A stretch of 64,000 bases of DNA from an uncultured Alphaproteobacteria bacterium (GTDB taxonomy: Bacteria; Pseudomonadota; Alphaproteobacteria; Micavibrionales; CSBR16-224), in contig CATLPD010000007.1 in NCBI GenBank assembly GCA_950054485.1, positions 12,262-76,261 of the forward strand, read 5' to 3'. Within the stretch, counting starts at the first letter, position 1. Every line of letters begins with the position of its first letter. A program made the position numbers and the translations under genes. The notes beneath the pieces were generated by a model. That model searched no databases. It was not told the DNA's origin and saw nothing but the letters and a program-made list of their open reading frames with translations. Shown piece after piece: positions 26,434 to 35,359 of this stretch.

Positions 26434-26849
26434 TGTTTATAGATATTCTAAAAAAATATGCCCATAAAAAAGACGGTGCCACCGCGGTCGAATTTGCGAT
26501 TGTCGCCGTGTTGTTTATCACGTTCATGATCGGCATTTTTGAAACGGGACGTGCCCTTTGGATTATGAACCGTATGCAATTTGCCGTTGAAACCGCAACG
26601 CGAACGGCGCTGACAAATGTTGATATTACCGATGGTGAAATCGAAGATATTATTGATGATCAAATGCAGCGTGCCAACGTTTCAATGGCAAATATTACCG
26701 TTACCGTCAATAACCCAACCGCCGGCGGTATCCTATTCAAAGAGGTGATTGCGGTTTATGACTTCCAGACTTTGACAGGCTATTTGCCCGGTGACTGGGG
26801 CAATTTTGATGTAACATCTACATCCCGTATTCCCTTGCCAACTGAATAG
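26433..26849 (+). CDS. TadE-like protein
   Basis: 138 aa. The N-terminus DGATAVEFAIVAVLFITFMIGIFETGRALW is present. Its start overlaps the preceding stop. Confidence 0.65.
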   Translation: MFIDILKKYAHKKDGATAVEFAIVAVLFITFMIGIFETGRALWIMNRMQFAVETATRTALTNVDITDGEIEDIIDDQMQRANVSMANITVTVNNPTAGGILFKEVIAVYDFQTLTGYLPGDWGNFDVTSTSRIPLPTE

Positions 26850-26956
26850 GCTTTCACTTTTTAAAATCTTATCAAATATTTATGGCACGATTTTACCGTT
26901 TGTGCGTATATTATTTTAGAAGAAATCTTTTTAAAATAAAAACAGTGTGAGGAATT

Positions 26957-28027
26957 ATGATTAAAAGAAATGTTATTGCTTTAGGACTAACCGCCATCTT
27001 AGCGGCCTGTTCAGGCGTTCAAACAGCTGCCCCAGTCGGCACAACAGCGGAAATTCAGGCTGAACAGCTTAAACAGCGTTCGCTGGCCTATGAAGGCTTT
27101 GTAAATGCCCAGTCCGAGCTCTACCGTGTGTCTTTACCCGTATTATCCAGCAACGCTGAATTCTGTGGGGATAATGTCCGCCCAGTGACGGGTATATCAG
27201 CATGGAATATATACGCTGTTCCGGCCGAATATCGTGATGCAGCGCGTGCCAGCTATGGCCTTGCCGATAGCCTTGTCGTTCAGAATGTTGTTCCAAATTC
27301 ACCGGGCGCGCGCGCGGGCGTAAGACCTGGTGACGTATTATTGGCTGTAAACGGCCGTAATATTCCACAGGGCAATCAGGCGATTACAGCTGCACAGGAA
27401 TATTTGAACGCTAACGGTTATAACCGTATGGAGCTGGCCTATTCACGCAATGGCGTCAACCGTACCGCGACATTCTCGCCGGTTCCGGCCTGTAACTATC
27501 CTGTTATGTTGGATAACTCGGGCGCAATCAATGCCTATGCCGACGGTGAAAAAATCGTTATCACGCGCGGCATGACACGATTTGCAAATAACGATACAGA
27601 AATCGCACTGGTCGTCTCACATGAATTGGCGCACAATACGATGAACCATATCGGAAAATTAAAACAAAACGCGATGGCAGGCTCTCTTGGGGGGCTAGTC
27701 ATTGACTCCCTTTTGGGTGCGGCCGGCGTCAATACGGGTAACCAGTTCTCGCAATTGGGTGCACAGGCCGGTCAACAAAGATATTCCGTATCCTTTGAAC
27801 AGGAAGCTGACTATGTCGGTATGTATTATCTGGCCCGTGCAGGTTTCCTAACCAGCGGCGTAGCCGATTTCTGGCGCCGCATGGCTACCGAAGGTCAAGC
27901 CAGCATAGATGTCAGAACATCGCACCCGACATCTGCTGAACGCTTTATCGCGATTGAACGCACACACGCTGAAATCGAACAGAAAAAGCGGAGCAATGCC
28001 CCGCTGGTTCCGAATTTCACACGATAA
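26957..28027 (+). CDS. M48-family metallopeptidase lipoprotein with a PDZ domain
   Basis: 356 aa. Lipobox LTAILAACSG, PDZ-like VVQNVVPNSPGARAGVRPGDVLLAVNG, zinc motif HELAHNTMNH, and a downstream EQEADYVG. Confidence 0.75.
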   Translation: MIKRNVIALGLTAILAACSGVQTAAPVGTTAEIQAEQLKQRSLAYEGFVNAQSELYRVSLPVLSSNAEFCGDNVRPVTGISAWNIYAVPAEYRDAARASYGLADSLVVQNVVPNSPGARAGVRPGDVLLAVNGRNIPQGNQAITAAQEYLNANGYNRMELAYSRNGVNRTATFSPVPACNYPVMLDNSGAINAYADGEKIVITRGMTRFANNDTEIALVVSHELAHNTMNHIGKLKQNAMAGSLGGLVIDSLLGAAGVNTGNQFSQLGAQAGQQRYSVSFEQEADYVGMYYLARAGFLTSGVADFWRRMATEGQASIDVRTSHPTSAERFIAIERTHAEIEQKKRSNAPLVPNFTR

Positions 28028-28045
28028 TAGATTTATAATCTGATT

Positions 28046-28369
28046 TTAAGCTGTCGTTGCCGGTTTTGGCGCGGCAGCTTTTGTCGTTGCTGTCTCAGCC
28101 TTTTCCTGTGGCTTGAATTCCAAATGGCTTAAATCTATAGCCATTCTAGTCAAGTCGACCGCCGTTGCGCCCACTATGGTCGCTAATGCAACGGCCGGGT
28201 TCAGTGCGCCAACGACAGCCAGGAAGCCAAGGTTCGCTATTACGGCGCCGCTTGTGGCTGGGGGCATTAGAGACAAAGCACTTTTCGTTTTATCAACGGC
28301 ACCCTTAAATCTGTAAGAAAGTCTATCCTTCAGTGATACTTCTTTTTTTGCAAACAGATTAAATTTCAT
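28046..28369 (-). CDS. Hypothetical small membrane protein
   Basis: 107-aa ORF with a central hydrophobic Gly/Ala-rich segment and an Ala/Thr/Lys-rich tail. I recognise no motif. Confidence 0.35.
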   Translation of the reverse strand: MKFNLFAKKEVSLKDRLSYRFKGAVDKTKSALSLMPPATSGAVIANLGFLAVVGALNPAVALATIVGATAVDLTRMAIDLSHLEFKPQEKAETATTKAAAPKPATTA

Positions 28370-28466
28370 TTTTCACTCCACAAGTTTATTTAAAGAACCA
28401 AATACAGTTACCATAAGACAAAAACCGCGTCAAGTTCATTATGTGAAAATGTAACATTTGTGTAAC

Positions 28467-28494
28467 AAAAAAAGCCCCTTAAAAAGGGGCTTTT
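28467..28494 (-). terminator. Rho-independent (bidirectional-looking) terminator
   Basis: GCCCCTT-AAA-AAGGGGC hairpin flanked by an A-run upstream and a T-run downstream. It lies just after the stop of the 28515-29120 gene. Confidence 0.75.
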
Positions 28495-28514
28495 GAAATT
28501 ATGAATAATTCATG

Positions 28515-29120
28515 TTACGTCCAGCTACGAACACGTCCTGTATCCAAGTGAACGAAACCGCTGCTTGGATAATACCCTACGCCGCCGGCTTTCAATGCAA
28601 TCGCATCCTTGCGCAACGAGCCCAGGTTTGTACCCGGCAAGCGCAAATCAACAGCTTGACCCAGCATGTGCAGGCTTTTCTTAGCAACGCCAGAAGACGC
28701 CTTACGCAGTTTATTATTTGTATTTGGTGAACGGTATCCTGAATAAAGATCATAGCCGTTTTTAGTATTGTTCGCGCGCTGTTGCAGAACATACATAATG
28801 TCCAAAAGGCGCGGATCTATTGGGAAAGTCTCGTTTGCACGATGGTCTTTAAAGACTTCTTTGATTTCTTTAAAGGCATCCGTATTGTACTTTCCGTTCG
28901 CCCAGAATTCACCTTGGAACTTTTGTCCCGTATGTGCATTTGTAATTTGTAGTGTGCGACCAGATTTAACAAAGCTGCGGGCATCTGCCGCAGTCGGCAT
29001 CCATAGTTGTGCCGCGGTCGCGATGATTGCACCTGTTTTCAGAAAGGTGCGACGCTTCGAAGTAGTGTCCAGATTTAAACAATCCAGCAGATCATTGGTT
29101 ATTTGCATGTTTTGACCCAT
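28515..29120 (-). CDS. DUF882/YcbK (MepK-like, peptidase M15A family) protein with a Tat signal
   Basis: 201 aa. Twin-arginine signal SKRRTFLKTGAIIATAA, plus SGYRSPNTN, HMLGQAVDLRLPG and GGVGYYPSSGFVHLDTGRVRSW. Confidence 0.8.
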   Translation of the reverse strand: MGQNMQITNDLLDCLNLDTTSKRRTFLKTGAIIATAAQLWMPTAADARSFVKSGRTLQITNAHTGQKFQGEFWANGKYNTDAFKEIKEVFKDHRANETFPIDPRLLDIMYVLQQRANNTKNGYDLYSGYRSPNTNNKLRKASSGVAKKSLHMLGQAVDLRLPGTNLGSLRKDAIALKAGGVGYYPSSGFVHLDTGRVRSWT

Positions 29121-29235
29121 TTTTTGTTATTACCGTGTCTACTCAATTAAATGTAACATTTTTGTATCAGCATTCAACCCTATAGTACAATTTTTATCCT
29201 ATATTTTTTACTAACAAAAAGTTAATAAAACTTTA

Positions 29236-29862
29236 TTACAGGATATCCTGCCCGCTTGTCGTACCACCTTTTTCACTAATCATGCGGGCTTCGTTAACCG
29301 CTCTTCTGAATTCAACAGGCTCCTCGATCGGAGGAAGCACAACCTCTCCCACTCCCATACCGCGGATAGAAACCTTACCGTAACCCAAGATACGGCCCAA
29401 AATCCCTTGTATCAGGGCGACGCCCTCGACACGGTCGATACTCAGCTCGCCGACATTACGCGCAATCAGGCCGCGTTTATATATAAGTCTGTCTGTTGTC
29501 ACTGCAATTTCGGTTGTTGCCTTGATAATCATCATATTGGCAAACATAAAAAGACCCATCATAAAGGATAATAAAATTCCGATACGGAAAGCAGGGTGAA
29601 GCCCCCACAGGACCTGCATGTAGCCACCTTTTCGGGCAACGATTTCAGCTGCCGCGCGATCATACAGCTCTGCAGGCAGATTTTGGAAGCTTGCGCGCAC
29701 CGAAGAGTTAACATCCATCCATATGGCGCCATAGGCCAGTGCGATACTGACCGATATACCAAACACGATCCACATGACAGCTTTAAATGTATACATCCAG
29801 TGAAAGCGTGCCGCCATCAGAATTTCTTCGTCGGGGCCTAAAGACTGTTGTACATAGAGCAT
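29236..29862 (-). CDS. Membrane protein with a bacterial PH (bPH_2/YdbT-like) domain
   Basis: 208 aa. Two TM helices, then TTEIAVTTDRLIYKRGLIARNVGELSIDRVEGVALIQGILGRILGYGKVSIRG, typical of bPH domains. Confidence 0.6.
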   Translation of the reverse strand: MLYVQQSLGPDEEILMAARFHWMYTFKAVMWIVFGISVSIALAYGAIWMDVNSSVRASFQNLPAELYDRAAAEIVARKGGYMQVLWGLHPAFRIGILLSFMMGLFMFANMMIIKATTEIAVTTDRLIYKRGLIARNVGELSIDRVEGVALIQGILGRILGYGKVSIRGMGVGEVVLPPIEEPVEFRRAVNEARMISEKGGTTSGQDIL

Positions 29863-29930
29863 TGAGAGTCCTTTAGAGAATTAAGGCTATCTAGATTCTA
29901 ACGTTTTTTATAGTTTAACGCCAGCGAATA

Positions 29931-31025
29931 TTACATTTCATCACCGAAACTTATACCTAATGCGCGGGCCGTCTGTACAAGCGTTCCTTTGACATCCACA
30001 GCCTGATAGGCCTTGATCGCGCTTTCGATCGGAACGTCAATAACACAGCGGTTTGACCATGCCACCATCCGGTCTGATTTCCCTTCGGCAATCAGATTAA
30101 CGGCGTGCACGCCGAATGCTGAAGCTAATATCCGGTCGCTCGGTATGGGCGAACAGCCGCGCTGAACGTGCCCCAGAACGGTCACACGTGTTTCGCAGGA
30201 ACATTCTTTGCTGAGATTTTCGCCCAGATAATGGCCGATACCGCCATAACGTGTTTCACCGCCATGATGTTCAACTTCGATTTTGTTTCCGGAAAGGGTT
30301 TTAACGGCCTCGGATACAATAACAAGGGCAAAATTCCGCCCTTCCTTTTCGCGTACTTTTTTGATTTTTGCGACAATGCTCTCAAAATTATATTCAATTT
30401 CCGGTATCAAAATAACATCAGCGCCACCACCAATGCCCGCAGACAAGGCAATATGCCCTGCATCGCGTCCCATAACCTCAAGGATCATGACACGGTCATG
30501 GCTGGCGGCTGTCGGCTGAAGGCGGTCCAGTGCCTCGGTCGCGACATAAACAGCCGTTTCGAACCCGACCGAATTTTCTGTTTCACCCAGGTCGTTGTCA
30601 ATGGTCTTGGGAATACCCACCAACGGAATGCCCCCCTGATCTGCAAGACGTTTCAAAATAGCCAGGCTGCCGTCACCCCCAATGCCGATCAGGGCATCCA
30701 GTTTCAATTCTTTGATGCCTTCTATAATTTCGTTTGAACGGTCTTTGAAACTTCCGTCCGGCATCGGAAATTTAAAGGGGTTGCCTTTATTCGTCGTCCC
30801 CAGAATTGTTCCGCCCAAACGCATGATGGTCGTATCAAACATGGCAGGTGTTAAGACCTGGTAACGATGCGGCCGGTCAAGAACCCCGGCGGTGCCGTCT
30901 TCGATCCCCACGACCTCCCAGCCTTTTTGGTCGGCCGCATGAACTGCTGCGCGTATTACCGCGTTCAATCCGGCGCAGTCACCACCGCTGGTTAAAATTC
31001 CAATTCTTTTTTGGGCTTGTGCCAT
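29931..31025 (-). CDS. pfk: 6-phosphofructokinase
   Basis: 364 aa. Carries RIGILTSGGDCAGLNAVIRA, IGIGGDGSLAI, GIPKTIDNDL and VMGRDAGHIAL. Confidence 0.88.
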   Translation of the reverse strand: MAQAQKRIGILTSGGDCAGLNAVIRAAVHAADQKGWEVVGIEDGTAGVLDRPHRYQVLTPAMFDTTIMRLGGTILGTTNKGNPFKFPMPDGSFKDRSNEIIEGIKELKLDALIGIGGDGSLAILKRLADQGGIPLVGIPKTIDNDLGETENSVGFETAVYVATEALDRLQPTAASHDRVMILEVMGRDAGHIALSAGIGGGADVILIPEIEYNFESIVAKIKKVREKEGRNFALVIVSEAVKTLSGNKIEVEHHGGETRYGGIGHYLGENLSKECSCETRVTVLGHVQRGCSPIPSDRILASAFGVHAVNLIAEGKSDRMVAWSNRCVIDVPIESAIKAYQAVDVKGTLVQTARALGISFGDEM

Positions 31026-31168
31026 ATCAGACCACTCCAGTTTTTAATCATTCATTTAAAATTATATAACCGCTTGCCATTTGTCGTCTAAAAAATTATC
31101 TTTTTTTTCATGAATATCTGACAATATACTTACTTTATGATATCATAAACCGGATTTACACAGGAATT

Positions 31169-31375
31169 ATGCCCATGGACGATACAGAAGATTTAAAGGA
31201 AAAGATCGAGGATCTGAAGACAGAGCACCGCGACCTTGACGTTGTGATCGAACAACTGTCACAAAGCGTACCCGTCGATTTCCTTAGACTTCAACGTCTG
31301 AAAAAACGTAAGCTTATGCTGAAAGACCAGATTTTGAAACTGGAAAGTATGCTTTTACCTGATATCATTGCCTGA
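31169..31375 (+). CDS. DUF465 (YdcH-like) small protein
   Basis: 68 aa. The pattern KIEDLKTEHRDLDVVIEQL...DFLRLQRLKKRKLMLKDQILKLE is the DUF465 pattern. Confidence 0.7.
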   Translation: MPMDDTEDLKEKIEDLKTEHRDLDVVIEQLSQSVPVDFLRLQRLKKRKLMLKDQILKLESMLLPDIIA

Positions 31376-31472
31376 TTTTCTTTAAAACAAAAAAACAGCA
31401 GATTTTCTACTTTGCAAGATTCTGTTTTTATGTTGTAATTTATTTGACATTAAAAAAGGGGGAAACCAAAAA

Positions 31473-31946
31473 ATGTTCGATAGCAATTTAGAAGAATGGG
31501 AAAAGGCACACGTAAACGCCCTGACCTTGAAAATGATTTTTCTGGCTACAGGTGGTACACTTCTTGCCACTGCACTAGCCTTTATTTTACGCACATCCGG
31601 TATGGGCGACATTAACCCTGAACTGTTATTCGTTCCATGGGGAATTGTTGTAGTTCTGGGCGTTTCAACAGCCTTTAAAAAAGGTGTAGAGGAAGAACGC
31701 GCAAGAGCAGCTGCCGCCGCAAAAGCTGCGCCAAAACCTGCTGCTCCGAAAAAGACAGCCACCAAAAAGAAAGCTGCTACTAAGAAGTCAACAGCTAAGA
31801 AAAAAGCGGCTCCTAAAAAAGCTGCTGCTAAAAAGACGACAACCAAGAAGACAACAACTAAAACAACAGCTAAAAAAGCAGCGCCTAAGAAAACAGGCGC
31901 AGCTAAAAAGAAAACAACCAAGAAAACTGCGGCTAAAAAGAAATAA
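31473..31946 (+). CDS. Two-TM membrane protein with a histone-H1-like Lys/Ala/Thr-rich C-terminal tail
   Basis: 157 aa. Two hydrophobic helices (MIFLATGGTLLATALAFIL, FVPWGIVVVLGVSTAF), then ~75 aa of AAPKKTATKKKAATKK-type low-complexity sequence. Confidence 0.6.
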   Translation: MFDSNLEEWEKAHVNALTLKMIFLATGGTLLATALAFILRTSGMGDINPELLFVPWGIVVVLGVSTAFKKGVEEERARAAAAAKAAPKPAAPKKTATKKKAATKKSTAKKKAAPKKAAAKKTTTKKTTTKTTAKKAAPKKTGAAKKKTTKKTAAKKK

Positions 31947-31952
31947 GCCTGT

Positions 31953-32636
31953 CTATAAAGACAAAGTTTTTTTAACGAATGGTAATGTGATGCGGCGCTT
32001 CTCTTTTAAGGACGCCGCATCAATTTTTTCTACCGCTTTAAGAACCTGATCAAACGAACGTTCAAGACGGTTAATCACATATGACACAACATCCGGGTCA
32101 ACCTGTAATTGACGGTCGTGAAGTTGTTTTACAAATATCCCCATTAAAAGCGTTTCATCCGCTGGCAAGATTTCAACAATCTGAGCTGCCTTTAAACGGG
32201 AATCAAGATCCTTTAAATCTATCGACCACCCTGAGGGGCCTGTATCGGATGTCATCAACAATGAACATGCCGGTTTTGATTTCACTGTATTGATTACATG
32301 AAATAAAAAATCCTGAGCATCCTTGCCGCCGTGAAAAAACTTTTGCGCATTATCGATTAATAAGGCTTGCGGCACATTGGCCTGTAAAGCATCTATTTCT
32401 TTAGACAAGTCACCATCACATTGAATTGACCTTGCATCCGATTTCGATTGCCACACGCGCGCGATGTGCGTTTTTCCCGCCCCTTTTGGCCCGTGGATAA
32501 GTGCAACGGGGTTTGACCATTCCGGCCAGGCATCAATAAGGCTCATCGCATCTTCGTTGCAGGGCGCCACCAAAAAATCTTCCCGTGCCAAAGCAGGCCG
32601 GCGCGCCAGATCAAAAATAAGCTGTTCTGCTTTCAT
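31953..32636 (-). CDS. hdaA: DnaA regulatory inactivator HdaA
   Basis: 227 aa. Walker A motif IHGPKGAGKTHIARVW and a DnaA-like AAA+ fold pattern. Its position next to the AI-2E transporter gene matches many alphaproteobacteria. Confidence 0.75.
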   Translation of the reverse strand: MKAEQLIFDLARRPALAREDFLVAPCNEDAMSLIDAWPEWSNPVALIHGPKGAGKTHIARVWQSKSDARSIQCDGDLSKEIDALQANVPQALLIDNAQKFFHGGKDAQDFLFHVINTVKSKPACSLLMTSDTGPSGWSIDLKDLDSRLKAAQIVEILPADETLLMGIFVKQLHDRQLQVDPDVVSYVINRLERSFDQVLKAVEKIDAASLKEKRRITLPFVKKTLSL

Positions 32637-33790
32637 GCTTTCTTTTTCTTTATTTTTTTTCTTTTACTGGTGCCGGTGTAGACTGATGACTTTTTATATT
32701 CGTCCAGAACAAAGCGAACCATCACGCCGATGATCGCCGCCACAGGCACCGCGATCAATACTCCTGTGAAACCAAACAGACTGCCGCCCGCCATCAAGGC
32801 AAACAATACCCATACAGGGTGCAGATTGACATTATCACCGACAAATTTGGGGGACAGGATACTGCCCTCCAGAAACTGTCCGACTGCAAAAATCGCGGCG
32901 ACAATTAGGACGGGTGTCAAACTGGCAAATTGTATCAGGGCAAGACCAATGCATAATATGCCGCCAAAGATTGCGCCAAGGTAGGGTATAAAAGAAATCA
33001 AACCGATAAATAAACCCAACAACAAACCGAAATCAAGCCCGACGACGGAAAGCCCGATGGCATAAAACAACCCCAGCAACAAACAGACAATACCCTGCCC
33101 GCGTAAGAACCCTGCCAGCGTCGCGTCAATATCGCGCATAATACGGCGCACCGTATCGCGGTTTTTCTTGGGGATGTAACTGTCAATACGTTCGATCATT
33201 CTGTCCCAGTCGCGCAATAGATAAAATGCTACGACAGGCGTGATCAGCAACAGTGATACCAATGCAAAAACAGCCTGTCCGCCAGACCATATATTTTTCA
33301 AAGTTGCGGTAATCCATTGCGCTGCTTTTTCACCATAGTTCTGGCCTAGGTTTTCACGCACAATCAACTCTGACCCCAGATAAGGTTCGATATAAACCTC
33401 GCTGAATTCCAATGCTTTTTCTTTACCTAGCTGGATATAGTCGGGAAGGACTTCGGCAAAATGCAGGACTTGCGCCTCTAATATCGGAAGCAACATCGCG
33501 AAAACAGCAACCAACAAAACAAAGAACCCCGACAGAACCAGAAAAGCCGCAATCGTGCGTGGTATTTTCATTTCTTCCAGCCTGTCTGTTGACGGGTCAA
33601 GCAAATAACCGATCACTGCGCCCAGAATAAAAGGCAGCAGTATCTGCTGAAAAAGCAGAATAAAGGCGATGACAAGAAGAGTTACAGCCCCCCAGAAAAA
33701 AGCATGCTTACGGGCGGTCATAGGAGTTATCCCACTCTTTATTGTTTCTGTTCTGGCTGCGGTATTTGTATTCGTATGATCCGCGAGCAT
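32633..33790 (-). CDS. AI-2E family transporter (PerM/UPF0118)
   Basis: Multi-TM protein with the conserved C-terminal block FIPYLGAIFGGILCIGLAL...GDNVNLHPVWVLFALMAGGSLFGFTGVLIAVP. The true start may be the internal MTARKH (33721). Confidence 0.8.
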   Translation of the reverse strand: MLADHTNTNTAARTETIKSGITPMTARKHAFFWGAVTLLVIAFILLFQQILLPFILGAVIGYLLDPSTDRLEEMKIPRTIAAFLVLSGFFVLLVAVFAMLLPILEAQVLHFAEVLPDYIQLGKEKALEFSEVYIEPYLGSELIVRENLGQNYGEKAAQWITATLKNIWSGGQAVFALVSLLLITPVVAFYLLRDWDRMIERIDSYIPKKNRDTVRRIMRDIDATLAGFLRGQGIVCLLLGLFYAIGLSVVGLDFGLLLGLFIGLISFIPYLGAIFGGILCIGLALIQFASLTPVLIVAAIFAVGQFLEGSILSPKFVGDNVNLHPVWVLFALMAGGSLFGFTGVLIAVPVAAIIGVMVRFVLDEYKKSSVYTGTSKRKKIKKKKA

Positions 33791-35027
33791 CAGTATTCTG
33801 ATTCATTAAGCTGGGCTGATCCTGCAACCTTTCGGAGGGTGGCGCCACAACCGCGTTATCTTCTGTATATTGTGGCACGGGCAATGTTTCATAGGACGGA
33901 TATGTATATGTACTGGTATTTTCAGACAGCTCAAACAGCGGCGGTGTCACCTCGGTTCCAAAACCTGTGCGTCCTCTTACCTTTGTCAGGATCAGGTTTT
34001 TGTTAACCAGTGAACTGACAAGCTCATCCGCAGAAGCGTTCAGATTTACGCTGATCAAAGCCTGCGTACGATTAAATGTCTTTGTCTGGATATTTTCAAT
34101 TTCCGGCTGAGCCAGCAGTTTCTTTTGGATCTGCAGCCAATCCCGCATGGATGAAAACTTCACATTCACATCTATGACCCGGTCATCCATAGCACTTTCC
34201 GAATATTTCAAACGGTTTTTCCAGTCTTTATTGATATAATTGCGAACACTGCGAACAGCCTCCGTCCACAACAGGGCCTCGCCCTCTTGTTCAATTGTAA
34301 TTGTTTTTACGGGGCTCAGCTCGGATCCTATATATTCATAGATCGTAATATCGGCGCCGTTCTCTTTCTTCTCGGCAACCGGCAGCAATATTTTATCGGT
34401 TTGATACCTGTTCAGCAGCTCACTGATCTCGCGCTGGCCGCTCATCAAAATCTGGGCTTCGTCTGCAACTGTGGCGTCTTCTATATCACCTTTCGGCACA
34501 ATCACTGGCACAAGTCCCGATACAGATTCAGCACTTTGCCATTCTTTCAGCCATGGGTTATTACGCGACCAAAGATAGGTTGCTTCAGGTTCTGATATAT
34601 AGGGCAAAATCAAAATCGGCTTACCGCGCGACTTGACCAACGACCGGTTCCCCTGTCTGTTCAGATAGTTTTTAACAGCAGAGGAATTAAACCTGACAGT
34701 CATGACAGCACGATAGCGCTTGCCCGAAAACTTTTCTTGGCCTGTTTCAAAGTCATTGATAATTGAAGAGATTTCCAGATCGCTGATATCTGACATTTTT
34801 TCGATGTCCTCATCATCCATGATCAAACGGCGCGTCAAAATCTCGAAAGCCTGCCTTTGGCCGGCTACAATCGCCTCGTCCCTTGCGATGACTGCGTTTT
34901 GTGCTGTTTTGTCGACGATAACATTTTCAACAGTATATAAATCGTTATCGGCCAGTGCCTGCGTAAAAAAGGCGCATATAATCATAAAAATTGCAAAAGG
35001 CACAGTTTTAGAAATATTTGCAGCCAT
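33708..35027 (-). CDS. Secreted hypothetical protein (possibly DUF2066 family)
   Basis: Signal peptide MAANISKTVPFAIFMIICAFFTQALA. The position upstream of the AI-2E transporter and hdaA fits conserved alphaproteobacterial synteny. The family assignment comes from memory of that synteny only. Confidence 0.45.
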   Translation of the reverse strand: MAANISKTVPFAIFMIICAFFTQALADNDLYTVENVIVDKTAQNAVIARDEAIVAGQRQAFEILTRRLIMDDEDIEKMSDISDLEISSIINDFETGQEKFSGKRYRAVMTVRFNSSAVKNYLNRQGNRSLVKSRGKPILILPYISEPEATYLWSRNNPWLKEWQSAESVSGLVPVIVPKGDIEDATVADEAQILMSGQREISELLNRYQTDKILLPVAEKKENGADITIYEYIGSELSPVKTITIEQEGEALLWTEAVRSVRNYINKDWKNRLKYSESAMDDRVIDVNVKFSSMRDWLQIQKKLLAQPEIENIQTKTFNRTQALISVNLNASADELVSSLVNKNLILTKVRGRTGFGTEVTPPLFELSENTSTYTYPSYETLPVPQYTEDNAVVAPPSERLQDQPSLMNQNTDARGSYEYKYRSQNRNNKEWDNSYDRP

Positions 35028-35144
35028 AATAAAGTCTCTTTTTTCGTTATTCACATTAAGATTTCGCATATTTTCTTTATTTCTTAAAGAAAATTTTTTA
35101 TTTTCGTCGTAGAATATTTCGGACAACTACTAAGGAAACTACGA

Positions 35145-35270
35145 ATGTCGAAACATAATGCCCTAAAAGAAGCCCGCCAAGGTTGGGAAAGCTTTACAAA
35201 ATTCACCACTGTTGCCTCCGTTGCCTGCTTTTTAATTATTGCTGTTGTGGTTCTCATTATAACATATTAA
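35145..35270 (+). CDS. Small single-TM protein (41 aa), possibly an aa3-type cytochrome oxidase subunit IV-like protein
   Basis: Not in the ORF track (under 60 aa). ATG preceded by AAGGA. The translation MSKHNALKEARQGWESFTKFTTVASVACFLIIAVVVLIITY has a polar head followed by one TM helix. Confidence 0.4.
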   Translation: MSKHNALKEARQGWESFTKFTTVASVACFLIIAVVVLIITY

Positions 35271-35359
35271 TCATTTACCCCCATAATTATTGATACATGG
35301 GGCGGAGACCTTATCCCTTGGTAAAGAGCATAAAAAACAACAGAGACAAGCGCATCCGC

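Noticed and set aside
26883-26900. TGGCAC hexamer upstream of the M48 peptidase gene, as a possible sigma-54 -24 box.
   Set aside because: The -12 position reads TACC instead of TTGC, and there is no supporting context.
31382-31921. 179-aa minus-strand ORF rich in F/A/V/L.
   Set aside because: It is the mirror image of the Lys/Ala-rich tail coding region (AAG/GCT repeats read in reverse). The plus-strand ORF has an RBS-like GGGGGA and a sensible TM-plus-tail architecture.
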